Source: Candidatus Moranbacteria bacterium RIFOXYB1_FULL_43_19
Lineage (GTDB): Bacteria; Patescibacteriota; Minisyncoccia; Moranbacterales; UBA11712
Reading direction: 5' to 3'
NCBI GenBank assembly: GCA_001784875.1
Contig: MFSH01000008.1
Coordinates: 1,555 to 65,554 of the forward strand
DNA length: 64,000 nucleotides
In this document: positions 47,540 to 55,726 of the stretch, piece by piece
How the letters are laid out: every line of letters starts with the position of its first letter
How positions within the stretch are numbered: the first letter of the stretch is position 1
Translations under genes and position numbers: made by a program
Notes under the pieces: model-generated
What the model was told of the DNA's origin: nothing
Seen by the model: the letters and a program-made list of their open reading frames with translations, nothing else
Databases searched by the model: none

Positions 47540-49522
47540 ATGTCGAAGTTCAAGATAAATTCAAAATTTCACCCCGACGGTGACCAACCGAAAGCAATTA
47601 AGCAGCTGACGGCTGGTCTTAAGGATGGCATGAAATTCCAAACCCTTCTTGGTGTGACGGGGTCAGGGAAGACTTTCACGATGGCGAATGTCATCGAAAA
47701 TGAGCAAAAACCAACTCTCGTGATCGCGCCGAACAAAACGCTTGCAGCCCAGCTCGCCCAGGAATTCCGGACTTTTTTTCCAAAAAACGCGGTGGAATAT
47801 TTCGTTTCCTACTATGACTACTACCAGCCGGAAGCATATATTGCGTCCTCGGATACCTACATTGAAAAAGAATCCCAGATAAACGACGAAATTGACCGAC
47901 TGCGGCACGCGGCGACGGTAGCGGTTATGTCGCGGCATGATGTGGTCATTGTCGCGTCAGTGTCGTGTATCTATGGTCTCGGATCACCCGAATTCTATGA
48001 AGAGATTTCTCTTAGCTTCAAAGTGGGGGAGGCAATTGATCGGGAAAAACTGATTCAGGATCTCACGGAAATGCACTTCCTTCGCAGTGAATATCTGTCT
48101 CGCGGGAGGTTTCGCTCTCATGGAGATACGATTGAAGTGATGGCTCCGTCGCGGGAAATTGTCACCAGAATAGAATTGAGAGATGGGAGAGTGAGAACTA
48201 TAAGCGAATATGATTTTCTCACCGGCGAGGCGCTGGGAAAATTGGAAAAAGTTTTAGTCTATCCTGCCAAGCATTTTGTCGTTCCGGAGCCGGTGATGGA
48301 AGAAGCGCTTCATGAGATAGAAAAAGAATTGAGAGACAGGGTGAATTATTTCAAGAAGAATAATAAATTATTGGAAGCGGAAAGGATATACCGGCGGACC
48401 AAGCAGGATCTGGAAATGATGCGGGAAATCGGATATTGCAACGGAATTGAAAATTATTCCCGTTATCTCACCGGCCGCGCTCCGGGAGAAGCGCCGTATA
48501 CGCTGGTGGACTATTTCGGCAAAAATTTTCTCATGGTGATAGACGAATCGCATGTGACCGTGCCCCAGCTCAACGGAATGTATAACGGCGACCACGCCCG
48601 CAAGAAATCTTTGATCGACAACGGTTTCCGTCTCCCGAGCGCCTATGACAACCGGCCGCTTAAATTCAGCGAGTTTGAGAAAAAAATAAATCAAGTGATT
48701 TTCACTTCGGCAACTCCGGGAGGATACGAAACACGTAACTCGCAACACGTAGCACATAACACAAGTGGAATTGTGGAACAGATTATCAGGCCTACTGGGT
48801 TAGTGGATCCTGAATTAGTAATTAAGCCAGCCAAAGGACAAGTGAAGGATATAATTGAAGAAATAAAGAATGTGGTGGCGAAGAAAGAGCGGGTGCTCGT
48901 GACGACGCTCACCAAAAAAATGGCCGAAGACCTCGCGGAATTTTTGAAAGAAAACGAAATAAAATCCGAATATTTGCATTCGGGAGTGGATACGATGGAG
49001 CGAGTGAGAATTCTCGAAAATTTGAGAAGGGGAAAATTTGACGTGCTTGTGGGAGTTAATCTTTTGCGAGAAGGTTTGGATCTCCCTGAAGTTTCGCTCG
49101 TCGCAATACTCGACGCGGACAAAGAAGGCTTTTTGCGCTCCGAAACTTCGCTCGTGCAAACAATCGGACGCGCGGCGAGGAACATTTCCGGGAGAGTTAT
49201 ACTTTATGCCGACAAAGTCACCGGCTCGATGAAGCGGGCGATCAATGAAACGAACCGTCGGCGCGCCACGCAGACAAAATACAACAAAAAACATCGTATC
49301 ACGCCGACAACCATCAAGAAAAAAATCGAATCTATCGTCGATCACGAGCTGAAGCCGGAAATTCCGCGGGAATTCGTGAAACTCGAATCGCTCGAGGATA
49401 TTGCCGGATATGTGAAACAAAAAGAAGCCGAAATGAAATCCGCCGCCCGAAATATGGAATTCGAAAAAGCGGCGGTGATTCGGGACGAAATCATCCAGCT
49501 CAGGAAATTGCAGATGGGGTAA
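47540..49522 (+). CDS. uvrB: excinuclease ABC subunit B
   Basis: The N-terminus reads MSKFKINSKFHPDGDQPKAIKQL. The product carries the Walker A motif GVTGSGKT, helicase motifs and a C-terminal UVR domain. The ATG at 47540 is preferred over the track start. An in-frame ACACGTAAC-type repeat lies at 48726-48766. Confidence 0.9.
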   Translation: MSKFKINSKFHPDGDQPKAIKQLTAGLKDGMKFQTLLGVTGSGKTFTMANVIENEQKPTLVIAPNKTLAAQLAQEFRTFFPKNAVEYFVSYYDYYQPEAYIASSDTYIEKESQINDEIDRLRHAATVAVMSRHDVVIVASVSCIYGLGSPEFYEEISLSFKVGEAIDREKLIQDLTEMHFLRSEYLSRGRFRSHGDTIEVMAPSREIVTRIELRDGRVRTISEYDFLTGEALGKLEKVLVYPAKHFVVPEPVMEEALHEIEKELRDRVNYFKKNNKLLEAERIYRRTKQDLEMMREIGYCNGIENYSRYLTGRAPGEAPYTLVDYFGKNFLMVIDESHVTVPQLNGMYNGDHARKKSLIDNGFRLPSAYDNRPLKFSEFEKKINQVIFTSATPGGYETRNSQHVAHNTSGIVEQIIRPTGLVDPELVIKPAKGQVKDIIEEIKNVVAKKERVLVTTLTKKMAEDLAEFLKENEIKSEYLHSGVDTMERVRILENLRRGKFDVLVGVNLLREGLDLPEVSLVAILDADKEGFLRSETSLVQTIGRAARNISGRVILYADKVTGSMKRAINETNRRRATQTKYNKKHRITPTTIKKKIESIVDHELKPEIPREFVKLESLEDIAGYVKQKEAEMKSAARNMEFEKAAVIRDEIIQLRKLQMG

Positions 49523-49604
49523 AAAGCTATACGGCGTATTGACATATTGTTTGCTTATGCTAGCTTTAGGCAAAACAAATATCAGGGAAAAGGAGGGAAT
49601 TGGC

Positions 49605-49988
49605 ATGCCTGCAGAAGTGATAGAGTTCTTTGCATGTAAACGTGGAAAGGCGGCTGTCGGGGAATTCGAACAAAAATTAAAGGCTCTTCGCGGCAAACTC
49701 GTATTGGTCTTTTTTTATGCCATGTGGTGTGGGCCGTGCCGGAGAATGCTTCAGGAAGCAAAATACCTTCCTTATGTAATAGAAGAGGTCGACAGTCGGG
49801 TAGTTATTTGCAAAGTCGACGTCGACAAGGATAAGCTAAAAAACGCCGGGAATATTGCCATAGCCGGAGAATACAGTGTCCTTGCTATACCTACCACTGT
49901 GTTTATTAAGGACATGAGACATGTTCACGACATCACTGGTGCGGCAGAAGGCGGTGTCATTTTACACAATATCAAAAAATACCTGTAA
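49605..49988 (+). CDS. trxA: thioredoxin
   Basis: The WCGPC active site is present. GGAGGG lies 7 nt upstream of the ATG at 49605. Confidence 0.8.
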   Translation: MPAEVIEFFACKRGKAAVGEFEQKLKALRGKLVLVFFYAMWCGPCRRMLQEAKYLPYVIEEVDSRVVICKVDVDKDKLKNAGNIAIAGEYSVLAIPTTVFIKDMRHVHDITGAAEGGVILHNIKKYL

Positions 49989-50013
49989 TACAGGTGGAAA
50001 TTAAACCCTTTAC

Positions 50014-50041
50014 TCCCGCGGCTTGCTGCGGGACTTTTTTT
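50014..50041 (+). terminator. intrinsic terminator after trx
   Basis: The hairpin TCCCGCGG-cttgct-GCGGGA is followed by CTTTTTTT. Confidence 0.5.
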
Positions 50042-50085
50042 ATGCAATTTGAAATTGATTTATTAACTTAATAGTATTATATTAG

Positions 50086-50196
50086 TGAAACCCCCGCACC
50101 AAATTTTTGCTGGTTTGTATATATGCCAATTTGGGGTAAGTTTTTGTATTTGCGAAATCAGAAACTTATTCTCGATGATATTTGGTACGGGGCAAG
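50086..50196. repeat. family F hairpin element (CCCCCGCACCAAATTTTTGCTGG ... TTTGGTACGGGGCAAGC)
   Basis: A paralog of the element at 9436-9594. Confidence 0.45.
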
Positions 50197-50295
50197 CCTT
50201 AAATGGGGGATTTTTGTGTTAGGGATATGAATTTAGCGCGGAGAATCCTAAAGCTAAACTTTAGGAGCGCCTAAAGTTTAGCTTTAGGGGAAAAT

Positions 50296-50377
50296 ATGGA
50301 TAAAATAATCATTCGCGGAGCTCGCGAGCACCCCGAAGTATAACGCTTCGCGTTAACTACGGGGCAAGCAATTTGAT
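50296..50377 (+). promoter_or_regulatory. uvrA leader: a 15-codon uORF (MDKIIIRGAREHPEV) mimicking the UvrA N-terminus, overlapping a conserved hairpin element (50331-50370)
   Basis: The uORF ATG at 50296 has a GGGGA SD and its stop lies at 50341-50343. Its first 12 codons are synonymous or conservative variants of the uvrA start at 50378. The hairpin CCCCGAAGTATAACGCTTCGCGTTAACTACGGGGCAAGC has a paralog at 55392-55436. Confidence 0.35.
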
Positions 50378-53254
50378 ATGAATAAGATCATTATAAAAGG
50401 TGCTAGAGAACATAATCTCAAAAACATCGACCTTGAACTTCCGCGGGGGAAGTTTATCGTGTTCACGGGAATCAGCGGGTCGGGAAAAAGTACACTCGCA
50501 TTCGACACCATTTTTGCCGAAGGGCAAAGGCGGTATCTTGAAAGTTTGTCGAGTTATGCCCGGCAGTTTTTGGGACAAATGGAAAAACCGGATGTGGATT
50601 CAATCGAAGGTTTGAGCCCTGCGATTTCGATTGACCAGAAAGCCTCATCGCACAATCCGCGCTCGACAGTCGGGACAGTGACGGAAATCCAAGACTATCT
50701 GCGGCTTCTCTATGCCAAAATCGGACGGCCGCACTGCCCGGTATGTGGAAAAGAAATTTCGAAACTTTCAATTGATGAAATTGTGGATCGGATACTAACA
50801 TTCAATGCTCCGGGAACATTGAATGTTTTAGAAATTCTTTCACCGGTAGTCCGCGAGCGGAAAGGTGATTATGCCACGCTTCTTGCGGAGATGTGGAAAA
50901 GGGGATTCGCGGAGGCCTACGTGGATGGAAAAAAAGTGGTCCTCGAAGATGAAGCGAAAAAAGGAAAAATACTCGCCAGATACAAAAAACACAGCATTGA
51001 TATTTTGATTGATACGGTTGAAATCAGCGATAAAAATATTAGCCGGATATTTGAAAGTGTTGAGTCGGCGCTCAAGTTGTCTAAGGGATTGGTGAAAGTT
51101 ATTCCCGAAACGCATAACACGAAACACGACACGCGAGGGGAAGGGATTATTTTCAACCAAAATATGGCTTGTCCGGATCATGAGGACGTGGTTTTCCCAG
51201 AACTCGAGCCGAGGCTGTTCTCTTTCAATAGTCCGCAGGGGGCTTGTCCTGACTGCGAAGGATTGGGAACGAAAAAAGAAATTGATCCGAGCCTCATCAT
51301 TCCCGACAAAACCCGAACGATTGCCGAAGGGGCGATCATGCCCTGGAGCTACAAGCCGAACAACTACCAAGGCTCGATTTTGCGGGCGGTGACGAACTAT
51401 TATCATATTCCCGACAACGTCCGTTTCCGGGATTTGAGCGAAAAACAGCAAAATATTTTATTGTATGGGGATGAGGAACCAGAGGATATTGAAGTGCGGC
51501 TGAAGACAAAAACCGGAGCAGTTTGGCGCTTTGACGTCACCTGGAACGGAATTTTGGGCTTTATGCGCGACCGCTATTTCAAGACCGAATCGGAAGCGGT
51601 GCGGCAGGACATTGAAAAATATATGTCCCAAAGTCCGTGCAGCGCCTGCAAAGGTTCACGATACAAGCCGGAAGCGCTGTTAATAACAGTTGGAAGTCGT
51701 AATATTGCCCAAGTTTCAAAAATAAGCGTAAATGAAACGCTGAAATTTTTTGAGAGTTTGAAACTGAACGAGCGGGAAAAAATAATCGCGGGAAAAATCT
51801 TGAACGAAGTGAAAAGCCGCCTGAAATTTTTGGATGATGTCGGGTTGGGCTATTTGACCCTGGCCCGTTCAGCCAATACTCTGGCAGGCGGAGAAACACA
51901 GCGAATTCGTCTTGCTTCTCAAATCGGTTCGCAACTGGTCGGAGTCCTATACATTCTCGACGAACCGTCTGTTGGTCTTCATGCACGTGACAATGCGAAG
52001 CTTCTTGATACGCTGCTTAAGTTGAGAGACATTGGCAACACAGTGATTATTATCGAACATGACGAGGAAACTATCCGGAGTGCCGATCATCTGGTTGACA
52101 TCGGGCCGGGTGCGGGAAGGCTTGGCGGGGAGATTGTGGCTGAAGGAAAAATTAAAGATATCGAAACTGCTAAGAATTCTGTCACTGGCAAATACTTACG
52201 GGGAGAACTTGAAATTTCAATCCCAAAGGGTCGCCGGCCAGTGCGAAACAAAAAATGGCTGACCGTGAAAGGAGCGACAGAGCATAATCTCAAAAACGTG
52301 ACGGTTGAATTTCCTTTGAAAACTTTGACGTGCGTGACGGGCGTTTCGGGGTCGGGAAAATCAACACTCGTCGAAGACATTCTTGGAAAAGGACTTTCAG
52401 CAAAAATCATGCGTTCGCTGGAGCGGCCAGGCCGGCACAAGGAAATTCTCGGTACGCAGTATGTGGACAAAGTGATCCATATCAACCAGTCGCCGATCGG
52501 GAGGACGCCGCGATCGAACCCGGCGACATATGTGGGATTTTTCACACTGATTCGAGAACTTTTTGCGATGACAAAAGATGCGAAGCGGCATGGTTATGGT
52601 CCGGGAAGGTTTTCTTTCAACGTGAATGGGGGGCGTTGCGACAATTGCCGCGGGGAAGGATTTTTGAAAGTTGAAATGCAGTTTATGCCGGATGTATTTT
52701 TGCCGTGTGATGTCTGTCGCGGAAAAAGATACAACCGGGAAACGCTCGAAGTGAAATATAAAGGAAAAAATATCGCCGATATTCTCGCGATGACGGTTTC
52801 GGAAGGAAAAGTTTTTTTTGAAAATTATCCACGGATATATGCGCCGCTCAAAGTCCTCGAGGAGGTCGGGCTGGGATACATCAATCTTGGCCAGGCGGCG
52901 ACAACGCTCTCGGGCGGGGAAGCGCAGAGAATCAAACTGGCCTCGGAACTTTCGCGGCGGATGACCGGAAATACATTATACATTCTTGATGAGCCGACAA
53001 CAGGACTGCATTTCGACGACGTGAAAAAATTATTGAACGTTCTCCATCGCTTGGTGGAGGCGGGAAATACTGTTATTGTGGTTGAGCACAATATGGATGT
53101 TATCAAAACGGCCGATTGGATCATTGACCTTGGACCGGAAGGCGGGGACAATGGCGGACGCGTGGTGGTCACCGGCCCGCCGGAAGAAGTGGTGAAGTAT
53201 CATCAAGAAAGTTATACCGCAAAATTTCTTCGCGACGTAATTCGTAAATCGTAA
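50378..53254 (+). CDS. uvrA: excinuclease ABC subunit A
   Basis: Two ABC ATPase modules (GISGSGKSTL, GVSGSGKSTL), zinc fingers and LSGGE signatures are present. An in-frame ACACG repeat lies at 51107-51137. The last codons lie inside a family D repeat. Confidence 0.92.
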   Translation: MNKIIIKGAREHNLKNIDLELPRGKFIVFTGISGSGKSTLAFDTIFAEGQRRYLESLSSYARQFLGQMEKPDVDSIEGLSPAISIDQKASSHNPRSTVGTVTEIQDYLRLLYAKIGRPHCPVCGKEISKLSIDEIVDRILTFNAPGTLNVLEILSPVVRERKGDYATLLAEMWKRGFAEAYVDGKKVVLEDEAKKGKILARYKKHSIDILIDTVEISDKNISRIFESVESALKLSKGLVKVIPETHNTKHDTRGEGIIFNQNMACPDHEDVVFPELEPRLFSFNSPQGACPDCEGLGTKKEIDPSLIIPDKTRTIAEGAIMPWSYKPNNYQGSILRAVTNYYHIPDNVRFRDLSEKQQNILLYGDEEPEDIEVRLKTKTGAVWRFDVTWNGILGFMRDRYFKTESEAVRQDIEKYMSQSPCSACKGSRYKPEALLITVGSRNIAQVSKISVNETLKFFESLKLNEREKIIAGKILNEVKSRLKFLDDVGLGYLTLARSANTLAGGETQRIRLASQIGSQLVGVLYILDEPSVGLHARDNAKLLDTLLKLRDIGNTVIIIEHDEETIRSADHLVDIGPGAGRLGGEIVAEGKIKDIETAKNSVTGKYLRGELEISIPKGRRPVRNKKWLTVKGATEHNLKNVTVEFPLKTLTCVTGVSGSGKSTLVEDILGKGLSAKIMRSLERPGRHKEILGTQYVDKVIHINQSPIGRTPRSNPATYVGFFTLIRELFAMTKDAKRHGYGPGRFSFNVNGGRCDNCRGEGFLKVEMQFMPDVFLPCDVCRGKRYNRETLEVKYKGKNIADILAMTVSEGKVFFENYPRIYAPLKVLEEVGLGYINLGQAATTLSGGEAQRIKLASELSRRMTGNTLYILDEPTTGLHFDDVKKLLNVLHRLVEAGNTVIVVEHNMDVIKTADWIIDLGPEGGDNGGRVVVTGPPEEVVKYHQESYTAKFLRDVIRKS

Positions 53255-53325
53255 TTTGTAATTGGGATAATTTTCACTACAACTAGTTGTAGTGAGTTTT
53301 ACTACTATATATAGTAGTAAAATAA
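53231..53325. repeat. family D 3'-end element (GACGTAATTCGTAAATCGTAATTTGTAATTGGG plus two perfect hairpins)
   Basis: It supplies ...DVIRKS-stop to uvrA. The hairpins CACTACAACTAGTTGTAGTG and TTTACTACTATATATAGTAGTAAA follow. Confidence 0.5.
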
Positions 53326-53401
53326 TTTTACAAAAGAAAAAGGACCAGTTTTCTAGGCTGGCCCTCAGCACCTCAGATTATTAATATCAGGAGAATTTAA
53401 G

Positions 53402-53644
53402 TTAAGATCTCGTGATAACACGGACTCGCTGGTCCATGGTGTTCTGCATGTCCGTACTGGTTCCCACAGAAATGATTTTTTCCGCGCAGGCCTGATTCTC
53501 AAGGTAATTCAAGAACTCAGACAAGACGAGATCATCCGTGGCGCCAGTGAAAGCTCGATCCAGTGCGCGCCTTCCATCTTGAGTAACCAGGGCTTCGTAC
53601 TCGCTGCCTTTGAATTTAATCCGTACCTCGTAAACCATTATCAT
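53402..53644 (-). CDS. hypothetical small protein (80 aa)
   Basis: A strong SD (AAGGAGG) precedes the ATG at 53644. Confidence 0.45.
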   Translation of the reverse strand: MIMVYEVRIKFKGSEYEALVTQDGRRALDRAFTGATDDLVLSEFLNYLENQACAEKIISVGTSTDMQNTMDQRVRVITRS

Positions 53645-53655
53645 GGCCGGCCTCC

Positions 53656-53976
53656 TTAGCTGATTGGCTCGATCGGGGTCACTGGCGTCGATTGGTGAAG
53701 TTCGTAATAATTGTCGCCAGGTCCTAAGATTGGGATGATATCCCGCCCCGGATTTTCCATCGGTCGCACGACGACAAATTTTACGCCGCCGTTATTTGGC
53801 CAGCCCAGTTCGAAGAGTCGCCAGGGTTCCATTTCGCCGAGAGGGATTAAGGGTAATTTTTTATACATCTCTCCCAGAGGAGGGGGAACGTCCAGACGCT
53901 TGCCTATAAGATACAAACCTGACAACACCAGTGCAACGAAGCACAAAGCGATTCCAATGATATCCACTTTTTCCAT
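53656..53976 (-). CDS. hypothetical small membrane-anchored protein
   Basis: An N-terminal TM segment (IIGIALCFVALVLSGLYLI) and an AAGGAGG SD just upstream of the start region. Confidence 0.45.
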   Translation of the reverse strand: MEKVDIIGIALCFVALVLSGLYLIGKRLDVPPPLGEMYKKLPLIPLGEMEPWRLFELGWPNNGGVKFVVVRPMENPGRDIIPILGPGDNYYELHQSTPVTPIEPIS

Positions 53977-54043
53977 TCCTCCTTGGAGTTAAAGATCTTG
54001 TTGCTTTTTGGTTTTCGTATAAACATATAGCATTAAGATTTGT

Positions 54044-55342
54044 ATGTCAATGCAAACCATAAAATCTAAAATCTCCAATCTCCCCAAATCTCCCGGTGTA
54101 TACGAATTTCGCGATAAGCAAGGGAAAATTCTTTATATTGGGAAAGCAACGAGTCTTAAGAGCAGGGTGGGGAGCTATTTCGGAAATTTTTCCAAGACTA
54201 AGTCTTGGAAAACCACAAAACTTAGTCTTGAGAGAGGGCCACGGATTGTTGAAATGGTCTCGCGAGCTACAGAAGTAAAAATCCATGAAACCGATTCGGT
54301 TCTCGAAGCCTTGATTTTGGAATCGAATCTCATCAAAAAGTACCAGCCGAAATATAATGTGATGGCGAAAGATGACAAGAGTTTTGGCTATTTTGTGATC
54401 ACCAAAGAAAAATTTCCGCGAGTGGTGATTTTCTGGAAAACGGAGCTGGGGAAAGTGCCGGCAAAAAAAATATACGGGCCGTATCTATCAAAATATCAAA
54501 TGAATATTGCTCTGAAACTGATTCGCCGAATTTTTCCGTTTCATTCCAACAAGCAGCAAACCGAAAAAGGGTGCCTTGATTTCCAAATCGGCCGGTGTCC
54601 CGGACCGTACGTGGGAGCTATTACGAAAAAAGATTATCTCAAAAATATCCGCAATATCGAGATGATACTCCGAGGCGAAAAAAAGCGGCTCGTCAGCTCG
54701 CTTAAAAAAGAAATGAAAAATTGCGCGAAGAACCACGAATTCGAAAAGGCCGCCGAAGCCCGCAACCGAATTTTCGCGCTCGAACATATCAGGGATGTTG
54801 CATTGATAAACCAAGACTTAGTCTTGGAAAATTCCAAGACTAAGTCTTGGGGAAGGATCGAGGCCTATGATATTTCCAATATCGGCGGTGATTATGCGGT
54901 TGGTTCGATGGTCGTTTTCACGAACAGCAAAGCGGATAAAAACGAATATCGTAAATTCAAAATCAAAACAGTCATTGGTGTTGACGATGTTGGTATGATG
55001 AAAGAAGTTTTAGCTCGGCGTTTTAGGAATAATTGGCCGAAACCGGACCTGATTCTCCTCGACGGGGGGAAGGGCCATCTCAATATGGCCCAGAAAATAA
55101 TGGAGGAATTGAAACTCGAAATCCCGATCATTGCTGCTGCCAAAGGGCCGACACGAAAAAAAATCGATATCTACCAGTCAAAATACCTCTTGACATATCT
55201 TGGTCGAAATGAGGAAATAAGGGAGAGGTATAACAGTATATTGAGTGATGCGAAGCTAATCGAGAGAATTCGCAACGAAGCCCATCGCTTTGCGATCAGT
55301 TATCACAAGAAATTACGACAGAAAAATTGGAAAAGTAGATAA
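54044..55342 (+). CDS. uvrC: excinuclease ABC subunit C, short form lacking the C-terminal (HhH)2 domain
   Basis: The GIY-YIG module (GVYEF...ILYIGKA), a UVR domain (EFEKAAEARNRIFALEHI) and an RNase-H-like endonuclease domain are present. Two in-frame CCAAGACTAAGTCTTGG insertions lie at 54192-54232 and 54811-54851. Confidence 0.8.
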   Translation: MSMQTIKSKISNLPKSPGVYEFRDKQGKILYIGKATSLKSRVGSYFGNFSKTKSWKTTKLSLERGPRIVEMVSRATEVKIHETDSVLEALILESNLIKKYQPKYNVMAKDDKSFGYFVITKEKFPRVVIFWKTELGKVPAKKIYGPYLSKYQMNIALKLIRRIFPFHSNKQQTEKGCLDFQIGRCPGPYVGAITKKDYLKNIRNIEMILRGEKKRLVSSLKKEMKNCAKNHEFEKAAEARNRIFALEHIRDVALINQDLVLENSKTKSWGRIEAYDISNIGGDYAVGSMVVFTNSKADKNEYRKFKIKTVIGVDDVGMMKEVLARRFRNNWPKPDLILLDGGKGHLNMAQKIMEELKLEIPIIAAAKGPTRKKIDIYQSKYLLTYLGRNEEIRERYNSILSDAKLIERIRNEAHRFAISYHKKLRQKNWKSR

Positions 55343-55391
55343 GCATATCTAGTACAGTAATACAGTATACTATACCGAATGTCCTTGTCGT

Positions 55392-55436
55392 CCCCCGAAG
55401 TATAAATGCTTCGCATTTAACTACGGGGCAGGCAAT
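55392..55436 (+). repeat. conserved hairpin element (paralog of 50331-50370) immediately upstream of the tRNA locus
   Basis: CCCCGAAGTATAAATGCTTCGCATTTAACTACGGGGCAGGC differs from the uvrA copy by compensatory AACGC/GCGTT to AATGC/GCATT changes. It is flanked by a duplicated TGTCCTTGT. Confidence 0.4.
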
Positions 55437-55442
55437 GGATAT

Positions 55443-55464
55443 GTCCTTGTAGCTCAACTGGATA
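55443..55464 (+). other. tRNA-like 5' fragment (acceptor strand plus D-arm start: GTCCTTG-TA-GCTC-AACTGGATA)
   Basis: It matches a canonical tRNA 5' end up to the D-loop. The cloverleaf then breaks off into a GC-rich hairpin. Confidence 0.3.
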
Positions 55465-55534
55465 CCTGCCCGCTTCGAGTCGCGAAGCGAGTCGGGCGGG
55501 GAGTGTTGGTTTCCGGCCGCCTGCTTGCGCTTTT

Positions 55535-55606
55535 GCCCTTGTCGTTCAATGGATAGGACGCAAGTTTCCGGAACTTGAAATATAGGTTCGATTCCTATCA
55601 AGGGCG
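55535..55606 (+). tRNA. tRNA-Arg (anticodon CCG)
   Basis: A clean cloverleaf. The acceptor stem GCCCTTG pairs with CAAGGGC. The D-arm reads TCGTTCAATGGATAGGACG. The anticodon stem-loop reads CAAGT-TTCCGGA-ACTTG. The T-arm carries GGTTCGATTCC. There is a discriminator G and no encoded CCA. Confidence 0.85.
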
Positions 55607-55636
55607 CAAAAAAAAACGGGCAGGGAACCAAAGATC

Positions 55637-55661
55637 GCAGGTTCGAGTCCTGCCAAGGACG
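55637..55661 (+). other. tRNA-like 3' fragment (T-arm GCAGG-TTCGAGT-CCTGC plus acceptor strand CAAGGAC and discriminator G)
   Basis: A perfect T-arm consensus. Its acceptor strand is the exact complement of the 5' fragment at 55443-55449. Confidence 0.3.
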
Positions 55662-55726
55662 CAATTTTTAGGTTCGATTTTTACCCGCCAAAGTGAGAGT
55701 GTCGGCGTGCCTGTCGAGGGCACAGA

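Noticed and set aside
50296-50343. Treating the uvrA-mimic mini-ORF as the true uvrA start
   Set aside because: The frame hits TAA at 50341-50343 inside the hairpin element. The full-length ABC protein only reads through from the ATG at 50378.
55443-55661. tmRNA (ssrA) interpretation of the split tRNA-like halves
   Set aside because: The span is only about 220 nt. It lacks the GGGG 5' end, a tag-peptide reading frame and pseudoknots. It also contains a complete ordinary tRNA.
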